Below, one piece after another: positions 12,969 through 25,202 of a DNA stretch of 64,000 nucleotides. Position numbers and translations under genes: made by a program. Within the stretch, counting starts at the first letter, position 1, and each line of letters opens with the position of its first letter. The notes below the pieces were generated by a model. It did not search any database, was not told the DNA's origin, and was given only the letters and a program-made list of their open reading frames with translations. Source of the DNA: Chiloscyllium plagiosum (taxonomy: Eukaryota); assembly GCF_004010195.1 (NCBI RefSeq), contig NC_057719.1:71154831-71218830 (forward strand). Direction: 5' to 3'.

Positions 12969-14254
12969 TATAGAGTCATAGAGATGTACAGCACAGAAAC
13001 AGACCCTTCAGTCCAACCCGTCCATGCCGACCAGATATCCCTACCCAAATCTAGTCCCACCTGCCAGCACCCGGCCCATATCCCTCCAAACCCTTCCTAT
13101 TCATATACCCATCCAAATGCCTCTTAAATGTTGCAATTGTACCAGCCTCCACCACATCCTCTGGCAGCTCATTCTATACACATACCACCTCTGTGTGAAA
13201 ACGTTGCCCTGTAGGTCTCTTTTATATCTTTCCCCTCTCATCCTAAACCTATGCCCTCTAATTCTGGACTCTCCAACCCAGGGAAAAGACTTTGCCTATT
13301 TACCCTATCCATGCCCTTCATAATTTTGTAAACCTCTATGAGGTCACCCCTCAGCCTCCGACGCTGCAGGGAAAACAGCCCCAGCCTCTTCAGCTTCTCC
13401 CTGTAGCTCAAATCCTCCAACCCTGGCAAAATGCTTATAAAGTTTTTCTGAACCCTTTCAAGTTTCACAACATCTTTCCGATAGGAAGGAGACCAGAATT
13501 GCACACAATATTCCAACAGTGGCCTAACCAATGTCCTGTACAGCCGCAACATGACCTCCCAACTCCTGTACTCAATACTCTGACCAATAAAGGAATGCAT
13601 AGCAAACGTCTTCTTCACTATCCTATATACCTGCAACTCTCCGGGTGCTCCAGTTTCCTCCCACAGTCCAAAGATGTGCAAGTCAGATGAATTGGCCATG
13701 CTAAATTGCCCATAGTGTTAGGTGCATTAGTCCGAGAGGAAATGGGAGTGGGTTAGTGTGAACTGGTTGGGCTGAATGGCCTGTTTCCACATGTAGGGAA
13801 TCTAATCTAATCATTAAGTGTATAAGTCCTGCTAAGATTTGCTTTCCCAAAATGCAGCACCTTACATTTATCTGAATTAAACTCCATCTGCCACCTCTCA
13901 GCCCATTGACCCATCTGGTCCAGATCCTGTTGTAATCTGAGGTAACCCTCTTCACTGTCCACAACACCTCCAATTTTGGTGTCATCTGCAAACTTACTAA
14001 CTGTACCTCTTATGCTCGCATCCAAATCATTTATGTAAATGACAAAAAGTAGAGGACCCAGCACCGATCCTTGTGGCACTCCACTGGTCACAGGCTTCCA
14101 GTTTGAAAAACAACCCTCCACTATCACCCTTTGTCTTCTACTTTTGAGCTAGTTCTGTATCCAAATGGCTAGTTCTCCCTGTATTCCGTGAGACCTAACC
14201 TTGGTAATCAGTCTCCCAAGGGGAACCTTGTTGAACCTTACTGAAGTCTATATA
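12969..14254 (-). mobile_element. CR1-clade LINE, 5'-truncated (RT domain to 3' tail)
   Basis: VTSGVPQGSVLGPLLFVIYINDLD...KFADDTK, LYRTLVRPLLEYCVQFWSP; tail atagagtcatagag. Confidence 0.95.
13639..13812 (+). mobile_element. 5'-truncated V-SINE nested antisense in CR1
   Basis: ctccgggtgctccagtttcctcccacagtccaaag...gggaatctaatctaatc. Confidence 0.9.
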
Positions 14255-14447
14255 TTGTGGGATGTGAGTGTCTCTGGCTGGCCAGCATTTCTTGCCTGTC
14301 CCTAGTTGCCTGTGAGAAGGTGGTGGTGAACTGCCTTCTTGAATAGCTACAGCCTACCTGCTGTGGGATGACCCACAATGCCATTAAGGAGGGAATTCCA
14401 GGATTTTGACTCAGCAACAGTGAAGGAACGACAGATTTCCAAGTCTT
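14255..14447 (-). mobile_element. L2-like LINE 3' end, split by the CR1 insertion
   Basis: tgtgggatgtgagtgtctctggctggccagcattt...; its terminal ttttttgattcatt lies on the other side of the CR1 (~12953-12968). Same tail as the SINEs at 15983 and 29225. Confidence 0.6.
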
Positions 14448-14789
14448 GATACTTATTGGGATGTCCCTGATTAAACAAAAAGGTTAGATTAAGTTGAGAT
14501 CACCTCAGAAAAGAAAGTGAAGGAGAAAGGAACACAACAGGTAAATACCACTGATCAGTATGTTTGTTTTGCCAGTTAGATGTTGTAATAGTAGAGTGCA
14601 GCACAGTGGATGAAATGTCAAATTTGATCTATGTGGTTATTGGAATTTTGAGATTTAATATTTCATTGTGAAATGCCAAATTACAGACTTCACATAATGT
14701 AAAGAAAGCGCCACAAGTTTTGGTTCAGCAAGTGATGGTAAATCTGATTTATCTTCTGTCTTTTCAGAGTTTTAAAACTCCTACTTTCA

Positions 14790-15258
14790 GGAGTTTTAGT
14801 TCTAGCGAGGGTGGTCAACCACGGAGGTGGGTGTATGAATAAATGCATGTCACTGGCTGGCTTAAGGTTTCCTGGTACTGTCCTGTTCCTGGAACATGTA
14901 GGATGGCAGGGCTATGTACCTGCGAGCGGCAGAGACATACAATTCAGCATATTAAAGGCCTAGTAACAGTCATTGTCAGAGGTGGAATGGAATTTTGCTT
15001 TCAGCCTTCGGGTTCTCCGAGGCATCAGAACTGTTTCAATGCCTGGAGGTGGTCCCTCCCAGTGGCAGAACTAGGCGGGCCTGCCTACCAAGCTAACCAG
15101 GTGCCCACCAGGTTTCCAATTGCATGTGTACTTTGGCTATTAATTAGCCAAATCAGGGAAAAATCACAGGCGGGTGAATATTACCCATGCAGTGTGACCT
15201 TCTGACTTCACATGACCCTGATAATGGCGTCCTGAAGCCCTCAGAGAAATCTCTGCCC
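14790..15258. mobile_element. Old non-autonomous DNA transposon (Harbinger-type MITE-like)
   Basis: GC-richer island ending gaaatctctgccc; similar ends at ~46592 (aaaatcctgccc) and ~53540 (gaaattctgccc). Confidence 0.35.
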
Positions 15259-15982
15259 AGGATGTTTTATACAGTATTATGTGGGTACACTTACTTTAGC
15301 TGCAAGTGAAAATGATGTGCTAAACTGCTGAGGACAAGTAGATCCCTATGCTATTCACTCAGAAACAGGTCAATCTTTATGGCCTTTTAACAAAGCATTC
15401 ACTGCAAAATAAGTCTCTTCTTTTAACTGACCAGTGAACTCATACTAGAGATTGTAAAAAATGAAGAAAATTGTTGCTTTGCAATGGATTCATTAGAAGA
15501 GGATACTATGCATTTACATTAAGATATGCTCTCCTTGCTGCTAAGTTACTGTCTGTCTAAAACAGCTTTAAAGAATAGCCAACAGAGCAAAAATAACTAA
15601 ATTGCCCTGAGAGATAATTGAGTACAAATCCTTAACATGTTCCTCTGAGGTTTATTTTCTGGTGTTTTAGTAAAGATGTTAACATTGATATTGCGGTATA
15701 AAAAATAATTAATTCTACCTTTCTGCCTCAGTATGGCTGCCAAGTAAGGTTTGTGAATCAGTCCCTTCACAGGAGTGAAGTATCACTGTTTTTAACTTGT
15801 GATTTACTTTATCATTTAAATCAGCAAAGGAAGAAACTATGGATCAGCACAAGTGGAATTTGAACTTCAAAACTAGAACTTGAAATAATGCCATAAAAAT
15901 ATGTTTGAACTTTTTCTGCATTTTTGCAAACTCAATCAGATGTGAGACAGCTAGTATGGCACTGACATGTATTGTACCAGAG

Positions 15983-16300
15983 GGAGGTGATGGTGTAATG
16001 GTAATGTCATTAAGCTAGTAATCCAGAGCCAGGCTTTTGTTCCTGGCTCATGGGCTTGGCTCCCACCATGGTAGATCTTGATATTTAAAAAGACAATTAA
16101 AAGCTAGTCTAATAAAACAAATGAACCCAGCTGGTTTACTCATGATCTTCAGAGAAGGAAATCTGCCAAACTTACCTGTCCTGGCTTATATGTGAATTCA
16201 GATCCACAGCAATGTGGTTGACTTTTGATTGCCCTGGACAATAACAGATGGACAATAAATGTTGACCTAGCTAGCAACACCTACAACCCATGATCAAACA
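15983..16300 (+). mobile_element. tRNA-derived SINE with L2-like tail (second family)
   Basis: ggaggtgatggtgtaatggtaatgtc head; core ctggtttactcatgatcttcagagaaggaaatctgcc...cacagcaatgtggttgact; reverse-orientation copy at 29225-29560. Confidence 0.75.
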
Positions 16301-17719
16301 AAAAAATTTGCAAAATGTAATCTTCTGGAATACAAAAGTATTCTTGAAAAATGCTTACCAAAATGTATTTTTTATCAATGTGAAAATGAAGCTAGACTTC
16401 ACCCTTAGGCAGCTGAACCAGAAATTACAAACAAGCTAAAACCAAATCTAGAATAACCAAAACAAAAGAGCTGCGTATTTCTATTTTGGTACAAATGCCA
16501 ATTAATTATAGCATGTAAATTAAAATATCCTTATTTGAAATTCAAAAGAGGTGTATTTTAGAATATTGCAGTAATTAATTTGTAAACTGCTGTACAGAAG
16601 TTAAATCCTTGTAGATGGAATTCAATTAAAATTGAAATAAATTTTTGAAGAAGTCCTGCATTTACTCTTGTTATTGGATTTGAATCTCAAATGTCAATGG
16701 GATATATATGTATAATATTTTAAAAAGCCTATTTTACATCATGTGTAACTTTTGTTGACCTGTACCCTGTGACCTCCATCATTGAGATTTTCCTGGAACA
16801 GGGCAATTTTCCAGATATCCTGTTAGACATATTGTGCATGGTTTATATTCTAATTAATTTTTGCCCATAAAAGTTCTGGAAGTGCAAACTGTAAAAGTGC
16901 CTCAATGATAATTGAGCATCTGGGATATGGATGAATGACAGAACCAAATAATGTAACTTTAAATCAATTACATTAAAGGGCTGAGAAACAAACAATGAAT
17001 AGACTAATTCAGGTGTGGTGAATGAGTTAGTGCCAGTGAATTCAGTGTCAAATCAGGGAGAGAAACAGCATTAAAGAGAAGGAATGAAACTTTAGTTTAA
17101 TAGAGTGAAAACACTCAACAAAAATAAGAATTATTTTAAAATTTTACATATCTAAAATCTAAGCCAATTCACAACCTGGACGGGTGAGATCTTAAACTTA
17201 AAATTGATTTGATTTATTATCACGTGTACTCAAGTACAGAAGTAGAGGAATCCAGTGAAAAGCGTATAATGTCACCACACATGGAACCATCTTAGGTACA
17301 AAGGTACCTAGGTACAAAATTGTTTACTTAATGGATGGAAAATAATGAATTGTAGTTGGTAATAAAGGCATGTGATTAAAAGTATACCTACACTCTATGC
17401 TAACCTATGGTGTATTTACTGAGAAATTGAATGCAGGTACAGCAGCTCTGAAGATCATTGGGATAATGTGTAAGATATTGTTTTGCCAAACCTAACAGCA
17501 GAACAACACAAATCAGCCAGCATCTTGATGGCAATTCACAATTTGTATGTATCGCTTCCTTAACATAAGTTGCTAGTTGATTTGTGTCTTAATAAATTGC
17601 ATGCTTTGGTCAGATGCCATAAATGTTTCAGCAAAATGTGTAATTACTAAATGTCTGTCTTATAATTTGGGCACCAACTTTACTTTGCAGCCACATTGTC
17701 ACTCTCACTACCTAAGCAG

Positions 17720-18115
17720 AAGCTTGAACATTCAAGTCTCACTCCAGAGAGTCGAATGCAAAATTGTAGCTTGACCCTCCAAGTATGGAGGAAGAGTTAC
17801 AATGTCAGAGATGCTAATCTTCTGTTTTTTCACATGTGCATAAAAAGTCCCACAACACTATTAAGAAGAAAAACAAGCAAGTTAGTCCAGGTGTCCTGAC
17901 AAGTATCTGTCCCACGGAACATCACCTTATAAGGTTATAAGGTCATTTATGACACTGATGTCTGTGGGTGTTTCTTGTTAATAAATTGGTTGTCTTTATT
18001 CCACATTAAAACAAGTAACTACACTTCAACAATGTACTTCATTGACTGCAAAATGCTTTCCAACATTGAGATAATGAAAAATGCTGGGCAGAAAGATGCA
18101 AATTTTTCTTTCTTT
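17720..18115 (+). mobile_element. Old Deu-domain SINE (DeuSINE/SacSINE1-like)
   Basis: aaaagtcccacaacactatt...caggtgtcctgacaag core; tail actacacttcaacaatgtacttcattgactgcaaaatgcttt; related tail on - strand at ~60035-60125. Confidence 0.55.
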
Positions 18116-21100
18116 GAGATGTGGCGAGGATGTGGACGTCTGGGAGGTAGTACAAAATGGCTGAAGGAGCTGCACAAAGTGGCTTCTGCATTGCTAAATT
18201 AGATTGCACTGAACAGAAACAAGAAACTGCAGACTGATGTAGATTTGATAAAATACAGAAGTAATGGTTTAACCCTAACCACAAGTCAGGACAAATACAA
18301 TTCCAGGAACAGGTTGTTTACAAGAAATCATGATAGGCTAAAACAGAATGCATAAGGCTTTGTGCTATTTTATTGGTTATTACCAAACAATCATGCTCCA
18401 TGCCTGCCTATGAACAATGTATATGAACCCTGTGCAAACTCTGTAAGGGGGTCAGATTCTTTTGGTGGTCTAGGAGTACTCATACTTCTGGGCTGATCAA
18501 AGTCTACTGACCCGGCCATATCAAAGAATAAATGATTGCTTGTGTGACTGACAAAGACTTGTTTACAGGTGTGTTTATTGACTGATCGCGGAACCAAGAG
18601 ACCCCCTGGGTCTTCATCGGCATTAATTTGCATTAAATTTTTAATTCTTGAAACAACTGTTACTTTGGTCATAAAGTTTATAGTGAGCATAAAATAGAAG
18701 ATGCCGGACAGTTTTTGTACAAAATAAAATTTTTGTAGCAATGAAGTATTATTCCACCATAGGAACAGTATCAATGAATGAGAATTTATTCCAATTATCA
18801 GACTAGCTATAATGAGAAGAATCTAAACTTGTTGCACCTAATAGCAAGTTTATGCTTTCTGACAATGCCATTTTAATGGCAGAAGAGATTTATATGAATA
18901 TATTTTTTGCTGTGTAAACATTCTATGATTGTATAAAGATTCAATCCTTCATGAAAAGAGGATGCTTGTACATCTGGTGAAAACAGCCATAGTTTATTTA
19001 TCATGGTCTCTCACAAAATATGATTGAAAAAAATGTTGAAAATGGTTCCTGCTCTTCACCAAAAACAGTAACTTCTGGTTGTCCTATGCTTTAGCAAATT
19101 AGTGATTTTGTTACACTGATAAATTATAAACTCAAAAAATGCAGTTTTAGACCTATTTTATTTGGTGTTGAGAATAGTTTGTCTATTAACCATGAAGTTG
19201 TCCACGGATTTTATGTGTAGTTTATTTTTATGTGAAATAGAGGTCTAATTATGACAAATGGGTGTTAAGTTTATCAATTGAAGTCTAAAATAAAACTGTC
19301 TGGTCCTAAGATAGGCACTACATATTAAGTGAAACATTTCTGCTACCATTTATTGTGGCAATGCAAGCTATGGACTATGTTTGTCTTTGTATGTTTACAG
19401 GACCTGTCAGTCGAGACACAAGAAACAAGAAGAGAAATGTAAATTGATCCCTCCCTTTAGCTGAATATTTAATGTAGTCTGCAAGGAAGAAAAGCACAGT
19501 CTACTTTTCTATTGCTTTCCTTCACTTGCCCAGCTCTAAATCTCTCAAGGGAGGGATGTTTTTCGGTCCTGGTCACTAGCAGGACCCATTTACTGCAGGA
19601 TCTTTGCTCCCCTATCTTGGCTTTCTTCCTGTCTCCTGAAACTAAATTTACTTCATTTTAGCCACCTCAAAGCAGACTTGTGTGTATATATTTTCAGGGA
19701 AATTTGATTGCCTGTATGGATTTTTAAATCAGTTTTCAGATCAAGTTCAGAAATATGTAAACTGTTGTGTTATTTCATCATGCAGGAGTGGAACAAATAC
19801 CTTAGATGCTGAACATCTAATACTATAAAGTGATCTTTAAATGAGACAACTAGAATATAAATGGATTAAAGTGGCTAGTAATGGGAAAACAAGTACCCAT
19901 TCAAAGTGCAGTTGGAAGAAATTTAAGACAACGAAAGTTGCATTATAAATTTATTCACACTTATTGCTGTGCTGAAATATGAGCCTGTATTCTTTCTTGA
20001 CTTTGGCTTCCTTTCCATAAATTCTTTAATGTGTCTCTTTAATGTACTCACTATGTAATGCATTTATATCAAATAACTGTTGTAGGTTTGTAATTTAGTG
20101 TCTAAAAAGTTGTGATTTAATTGTGATCGACAAATGTGCACTAAAACCACTGTTCATTGATATAGAATCTTAACTGACCTTCAAGTAAATGCAACAAAAC
20201 CTTACTGATTCTTTAAACAGTCCACAATTTTTAGAGTCTAATGTTATTTATGTTATTAGGAATCTTCAGACTTTAAACTTCATTTTTCAATATATCAACA
20301 CAACATACTCTGCCTAATCACTAAACATGCTGAACTGACAGATTTATTGAATCCCATTGCTGCTTTATGAGCAGAAGTATATGTTAAACACAACAGCTTA
20401 TTAGTTTTACACACTTAATTTTCACTGTAATATAACTTTTGACGTGTATTAGTCTTGTTTAATGTTAAACCGTCAGCATTTAAAATATAAAGTATATTCC
20501 AGCTAAACATCTCATTTATAAACATTTTATATTTAGTTTAAAATTGTTTTCATTAAACATAAGTGAAAGGAAATGAAATGCATGAATTTTTTTTAACTTT
20601 TCACACTTCTTTCAATCTAATGACACAATATAGTGTAATGGGTCTAACAAAACACAGAATGCATTAGTGAATCAGTATGAATGCCATGCCAGGCCAAAGA
20701 TAACTGTTGTAGTCATAGATTTAATATACTTCTAAATTTACAACAAAACTGGCACTCAGTATAGCTTTATTTGTTTTTTTCATCTGTGGTGTAATGTATG
20801 CAATCTTACTCCAACAAATTTTAAACAGTGTGAAGTTTTTTTATGTATTGAAATACAGAGATATGCTAAATTACTTCATCTGCTTTTATTTAATAGAAGT
20901 GCTGATTAAACTGTGAAAATTAAAGAATGTTATTACTTTTATTCTTTGTTGAATGTGAACAAAAGACAGAATATTGAGGACTAAAGGTGCATCCATTCTA
21001 TTGGCAATTGGAGCATATTATACGATAGCCTTTTTGATGTCTATCTGTTACCTTTTAACCTATTAGTGATATTTAACAACCTGAAACAAGGGCTGCATTT

Positions 21101-21414
21101 ATATAGTGTAGAGGAATGTCTCTTTAGCACTCTTTGCAAAAGCACAATCAGCAAAGAATAACATTTTGGGAGGGATGAGCTAACATTTGATTAAGTGGTT
21201 AATTATACAGAAGATTCTAAAGGAGGAGACGAAGATGGAGAGAAACACATAATCTATTTTTTTTTTCAATACATGTGGAATGTATTTAAGTGTTCAAAAG
21301 TTTCTTTTTGTGTAGCTGTACTTACAAGATAACTTAATAAAGGCTACCTTGTGTAGAGCATATAAGAAACTTTCAGGTTATCTGTGCAACCACGAAGGTC
21401 CTGCCTTCTCAATC

Positions 21415-21626
21415 TTGATTTGACTTATTATTGTCACATGTGAGATACAGTAAAAACTACTGTTTTGTGTGCTGACCAGACAAATCATACCTTGCACATG
21501 TACATCAGGGTAGGAGAACAGAATGTAGAATTCAGTGTTACACCACAGAGAAGATACAGAAAAGGATAAAGTCTAATGCATGAGACGTCCATTCATAAGC
21601 TTGGTAACAACAGAGAAGAAGCTGCT
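21415..21626 (-). mobile_element. Rex1/Babar LINE 3' end
   Basis: tgatttgacttattattgtcacatg...gatacagtaaaaac is the reverse complement of the tail of the + strand copy ending at 42924; includes ORF end cagcttcttctctgttgttaccaagc on - strand. Confidence 0.7.
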
Positions 21627-23676
21627 ATACAGTCAGAGAGTCATAGAGATGTACACACAGAAACAGACCCTTCGGTCCAACTCGTCCATGCCGACCAATA
21701 TCCCAACATAATCTAGTCCCATTTGCCAGCACTTGGCCCGTGTCCTTCCAAACCCTTCCTGTTCATATACCTATCCAGATGCCTTTTAAAAATTGTAATT
21801 GTACCAGCGTCCACCACTTTCTCTGGCAGCTCAGTCCATATATGCACCACCCTCTGCGTGAAAAGGTTGCTCCTTAGGTCTCTTTTATATCTTTCCCCTC
21901 TCACCCTAAACCTACGCCCTCGAGTTCTGGACTCCCCCACCCCAGTGAAAAGAGTTTGCCAATTTGTCTTATCCATGCCCCTCATGATTTTATAAACCCC
22001 TATAAGTTCACCCCTCAGCCTCCGATGCTCAGGGAAAACATCCCCAGCCTATTCAGCCTCTCCCTATAGCTCAAATCCTCCAACCCTGGCAACATCCTTG
22101 TAAATCTTTTCTGAACCCTCTCAGTTTCACACTATAATCAATAGAGACCAGAATTGCATACAATATTCCAAAAGTGGCCACACAAATGATTGTACAGCTG
22201 CAATATGACCTCCCAACTCCTGTACTAAATACTCTGACTAATAAAGGAACATATACCATATGTCTTCTTCACTATCCTATCTACCTGCGACTCTACTTTC
22301 AAGGAGTTAATGCACCTGCACTCCAAGGTCTCTTTGTTCAGCAGCACCATTAAGTGTATAAGTCCTGCTAAGATTTGCTTTCCCAAAATGCAGCACCTCA
22401 CATTTATCTAAAGTAAACTCCATCTGCCACTCCTCAGCCCACTGGCACATCTGATCAAGATCCCGTTGTAATCTGAGGTAACTCTCTTCGCTGGCCACTA
22501 CACCTCCAATTTTGGTGTCATCTGCAAACTTAACAACTATAACTCCTATGTTCACATCCAAATCATTTATATAAATGACGAAAAGTAGTGGACCCAGCAC
22601 CAATCCTTGTGGCACTGTACTGGTCACAGCTCTCCAGTCTGAAAAGCAACCCTCCACCACCCCTCTCTGTCTTTACCTTTGAACCAGTTCTGTATACAAA
22701 TGGCTAATTCTCCCTGTATTCCATAAGATCTAACCTTGCTAACCAGTATACTCCTGATTATACTTCTACTGCCTTTATAGTCTTCTAAAGATTCATGGGG
22801 AACCTTGTAGAATGCCTTACTGAAGTCCATATAGATCATATCCACTGCTCTGCCCTCATCAATCCTCTTTGTTACTTCTTCAAAAAATTCATTTGAGTTC
22901 TTGAGACATGATTTCCCACGCACAAAGCAATGTTGACTATCCCTGATCAGTCCTTGCCTTTCCAAATGCATGTACATCCTGTCCCTCAGGATTCCCTCCA
23001 ACAGTTTGCCCATCACCGACGTCAGGCTCACCGGTTTATAGTTCCCTGGCTTGACCTTACCATCTTTCTTAAACAGTAGCACCACGTTAACAAACCTCCA
23101 GTCTTCCAGCACCTTACCTGTGACTATCAATGATACAAATGTCTCAGTAAAGGGCCTAGCAATCACTTCCCTAGCTTCCCAAAATTTTAGGGTACACCTG
23201 ATCAGGTCCTGGATACTTATGTACCTTTATGCATTTCAAGACATCCAGCACATTCTCCTCTGTAATATGGACATTTTCAAGATGTCACCATCTATTTCCC
23301 TTCATTCTATATCTTCCATGTCCATCTTCACAGTAAACACTGATGCAAAATTCTCGTTTAATATCTCCCCCATCACCTGTGGCTACGCACAAAGTTCATT
23401 TTGCTGATCTTTGAGGGGCCCTTTTCTCTCCCCAAGTATCCTTTTGTCCTTAATGTACCCTTTGGATACTCCTTAACCCTATTTGCCAAAGCTATCTCAT
23501 GTCCCCTTTTTGTCCTCCTGATTTCCCTTTGAAGTATACTCCTACTGCCTTTATAGTCTTCTAAAGATTGACTCGATATATCCTGTCTATACCTGACATA
23601 TGCTTCCTTCTTTTTCTTAACCAAACATTCAATTTCTCCAGTCATCTAGCATTCCCTACACCTACCAGCCTTTTCT
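21627..23676 (-). mobile_element. CR1-clade LINE, ~2 kb 5'-truncated, frameshifted ORF2
   Basis: DWRFVNVVLLFKK...PGNYKPVSLTSVMGKLLE...SQHCFVRGKSC...YMDFSKAF, VPQGLVLGPLLF...KFADDTK; gtcatagag tail. Confidence 0.95.
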
Positions 23677-23679
23677 TGA

Positions 23680-23788
23680 CTCTCACCTGAGGTATGGTGA
23701 CCCTCAGGTTTAACTCACCACCAGTAATCCCTCTCTAATAAGACAGCAGCCCTCTAATCATCTGAGACTACGGTGACTTGACTTTACA
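23680..23788 (+). mobile_element. Short retroposon 3' tail fragment (family uncertain)
   Basis: ggtgaccctcaggtttaactcaccaccagt...ctctctaat..gcagccct; reverse-complement homologue at 56828-56920. Confidence 0.55.
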
Positions 23789-23959
23789 GCTTAGACGGAA
23801 TATTTATGGAAAAGCAAATATTTTCAGAGATGGAACTTCAGAGGATTGCACAGTTAAAGACCTGTTACCAATACTGGAATGAGAGAAAGGGAGGTTAGAC
23901 ATGAAGAAGAAAGCCATTAACACATCCAATCATGAACCACAGTCTCCATTTGTTGCATT

Positions 23960-24080
23960 CCTTACAAAGGAGTTTCACAGTCTTCCTAATCTCCTGTCAT
24001 AGGACAGTCCCACTTTCCAATGAATCAGTCTGGTGAACCTCTGCTGCGCTTCCTCAATGGCAAATATATCCTTCCTTAGG
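23960..24080 (-). mobile_element. Old CR1 ORF2 fragment
   Basis: LRKDIFAIEEAQQRFTRLIHWKVGLSYDRRLGRL. Confidence 0.75.
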
Positions 24081-24213
24081 TTCTCTATCTGTGCTACAGG
24101 TAAGACGGAGATGCTGTGATGATCCAAGTAGCAGCAAAATGAGTTAGACCCAGAAAGCCAGCTGAGAGCTCTGAGATGTTCCAGTACATTAGATGGGTAC
24201 CCATACCTGTGTG

Positions 24214-24434
24214 GAGTAAGTGAGGACTGCAGATGCGTGGAGATCAGAGTTGAGTGTGTGGTGCTGGAAAAGCACCGCAGGTCAGGCAGCATCCGAGGAG
24301 CCGGAGAATCAACATTTTGGGCATAAGCCTTTCAGGAATGATTCTTGATGAAGGGCTTATGCCCAAAACATCGATTCTCCTGCTCCTCAGATGCTGTCTA
24401 ATATGCTGGGCGTTTCCTTCACCACACACTCGAC
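24214..24434. mobile_element. Penelope-derived palindromic mini-element (older copy)
   Basis: Inverted arms meeting at ~24340; decayed hammerhead tTGATGA-A-GGGC-TTAT-GCCC-aAAAC-aTC at ~24346-24372; TSD acccatacctgtgtg (24199-24213) / acccatacttgtgtg (24435-24449). Confidence 0.85.
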
Positions 24435-25178
24435 ACCCATACTTGTGTGCAAACAGCCTCACAATGCCATTGAGGTGTAAGATGCCAGTGAGCTCCAACG
24501 TGCAGTATTGTAAGTGCTGCCCTGCATCATGAGTGAGTCCTAAATGTTGCCTGAGGATATGGTGAGGCTGCTGCTTTGCTAGGGACAGCTTCTGTGATTG
24601 GGGGTGTGAGGGTTGGTATTGGGAACTGCTGGACAAGATGGGATCCTGGACAAGCATCTAGTGAGCTGCAGTCACCAATTACCCATGCATTTTGTGAACC
24701 AGTTTCCCTCCAGCGCCTGGAAAAATAGCAAACTGCCAATAAATGAGACAAGATTAAGTAATGATGCGATATTAATACATGCAAATAAGCCTGTTACTGC
24801 TCATGAGTAAAACTTTCCTGTCTCCCTTTGAAACCTTGAGTAGAGCATCAGACTTTTTAGCTCAACATCAAGAATCTCATTTTGTTCATTCTCTCCATAT
24901 TTCCCAACTGATTCATCATTTCCCACATTGTTTTGAGAAAACTCAGCTCACACATATTCCAGCTGACCTTTACACACCTTCCAGTGCTGAGTTGAAGAAT
25001 ATTCTCACTCCTCTTTCACAGAGTAAAGTGACCCTGAAAATACTGAGAGCATCCGCAGGCCAGTGAGGGCAGGACGTGCAAACTGCCGATGGTGTGACCA
25101 TTGACCTGTTGCATTCCACCCGACCTACCTTCCCTCCTCTGCTCTCTCTGCTTGGCCAGCCAGTTCATGTTCTCTTGA

Positions 25179-25202
25179 AGAGAGAGAGAGAGAGAGAGAG
25201 AG
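25179..25202. repeat. (GA)n microsatellite
   Basis: agagag... run. Confidence 0.9.

Noticed and set aside
19401..19438. 38-bp micro-exon candidate after ttacag
   Set aside because: Weak donor (AAT|GTAAAT) and no recognisable peptide
22624..23166. 180-aa RT ORF as a functional gene
   Set aside because: Fragment of a frameshifted, 5'-truncated CR1 ORF2
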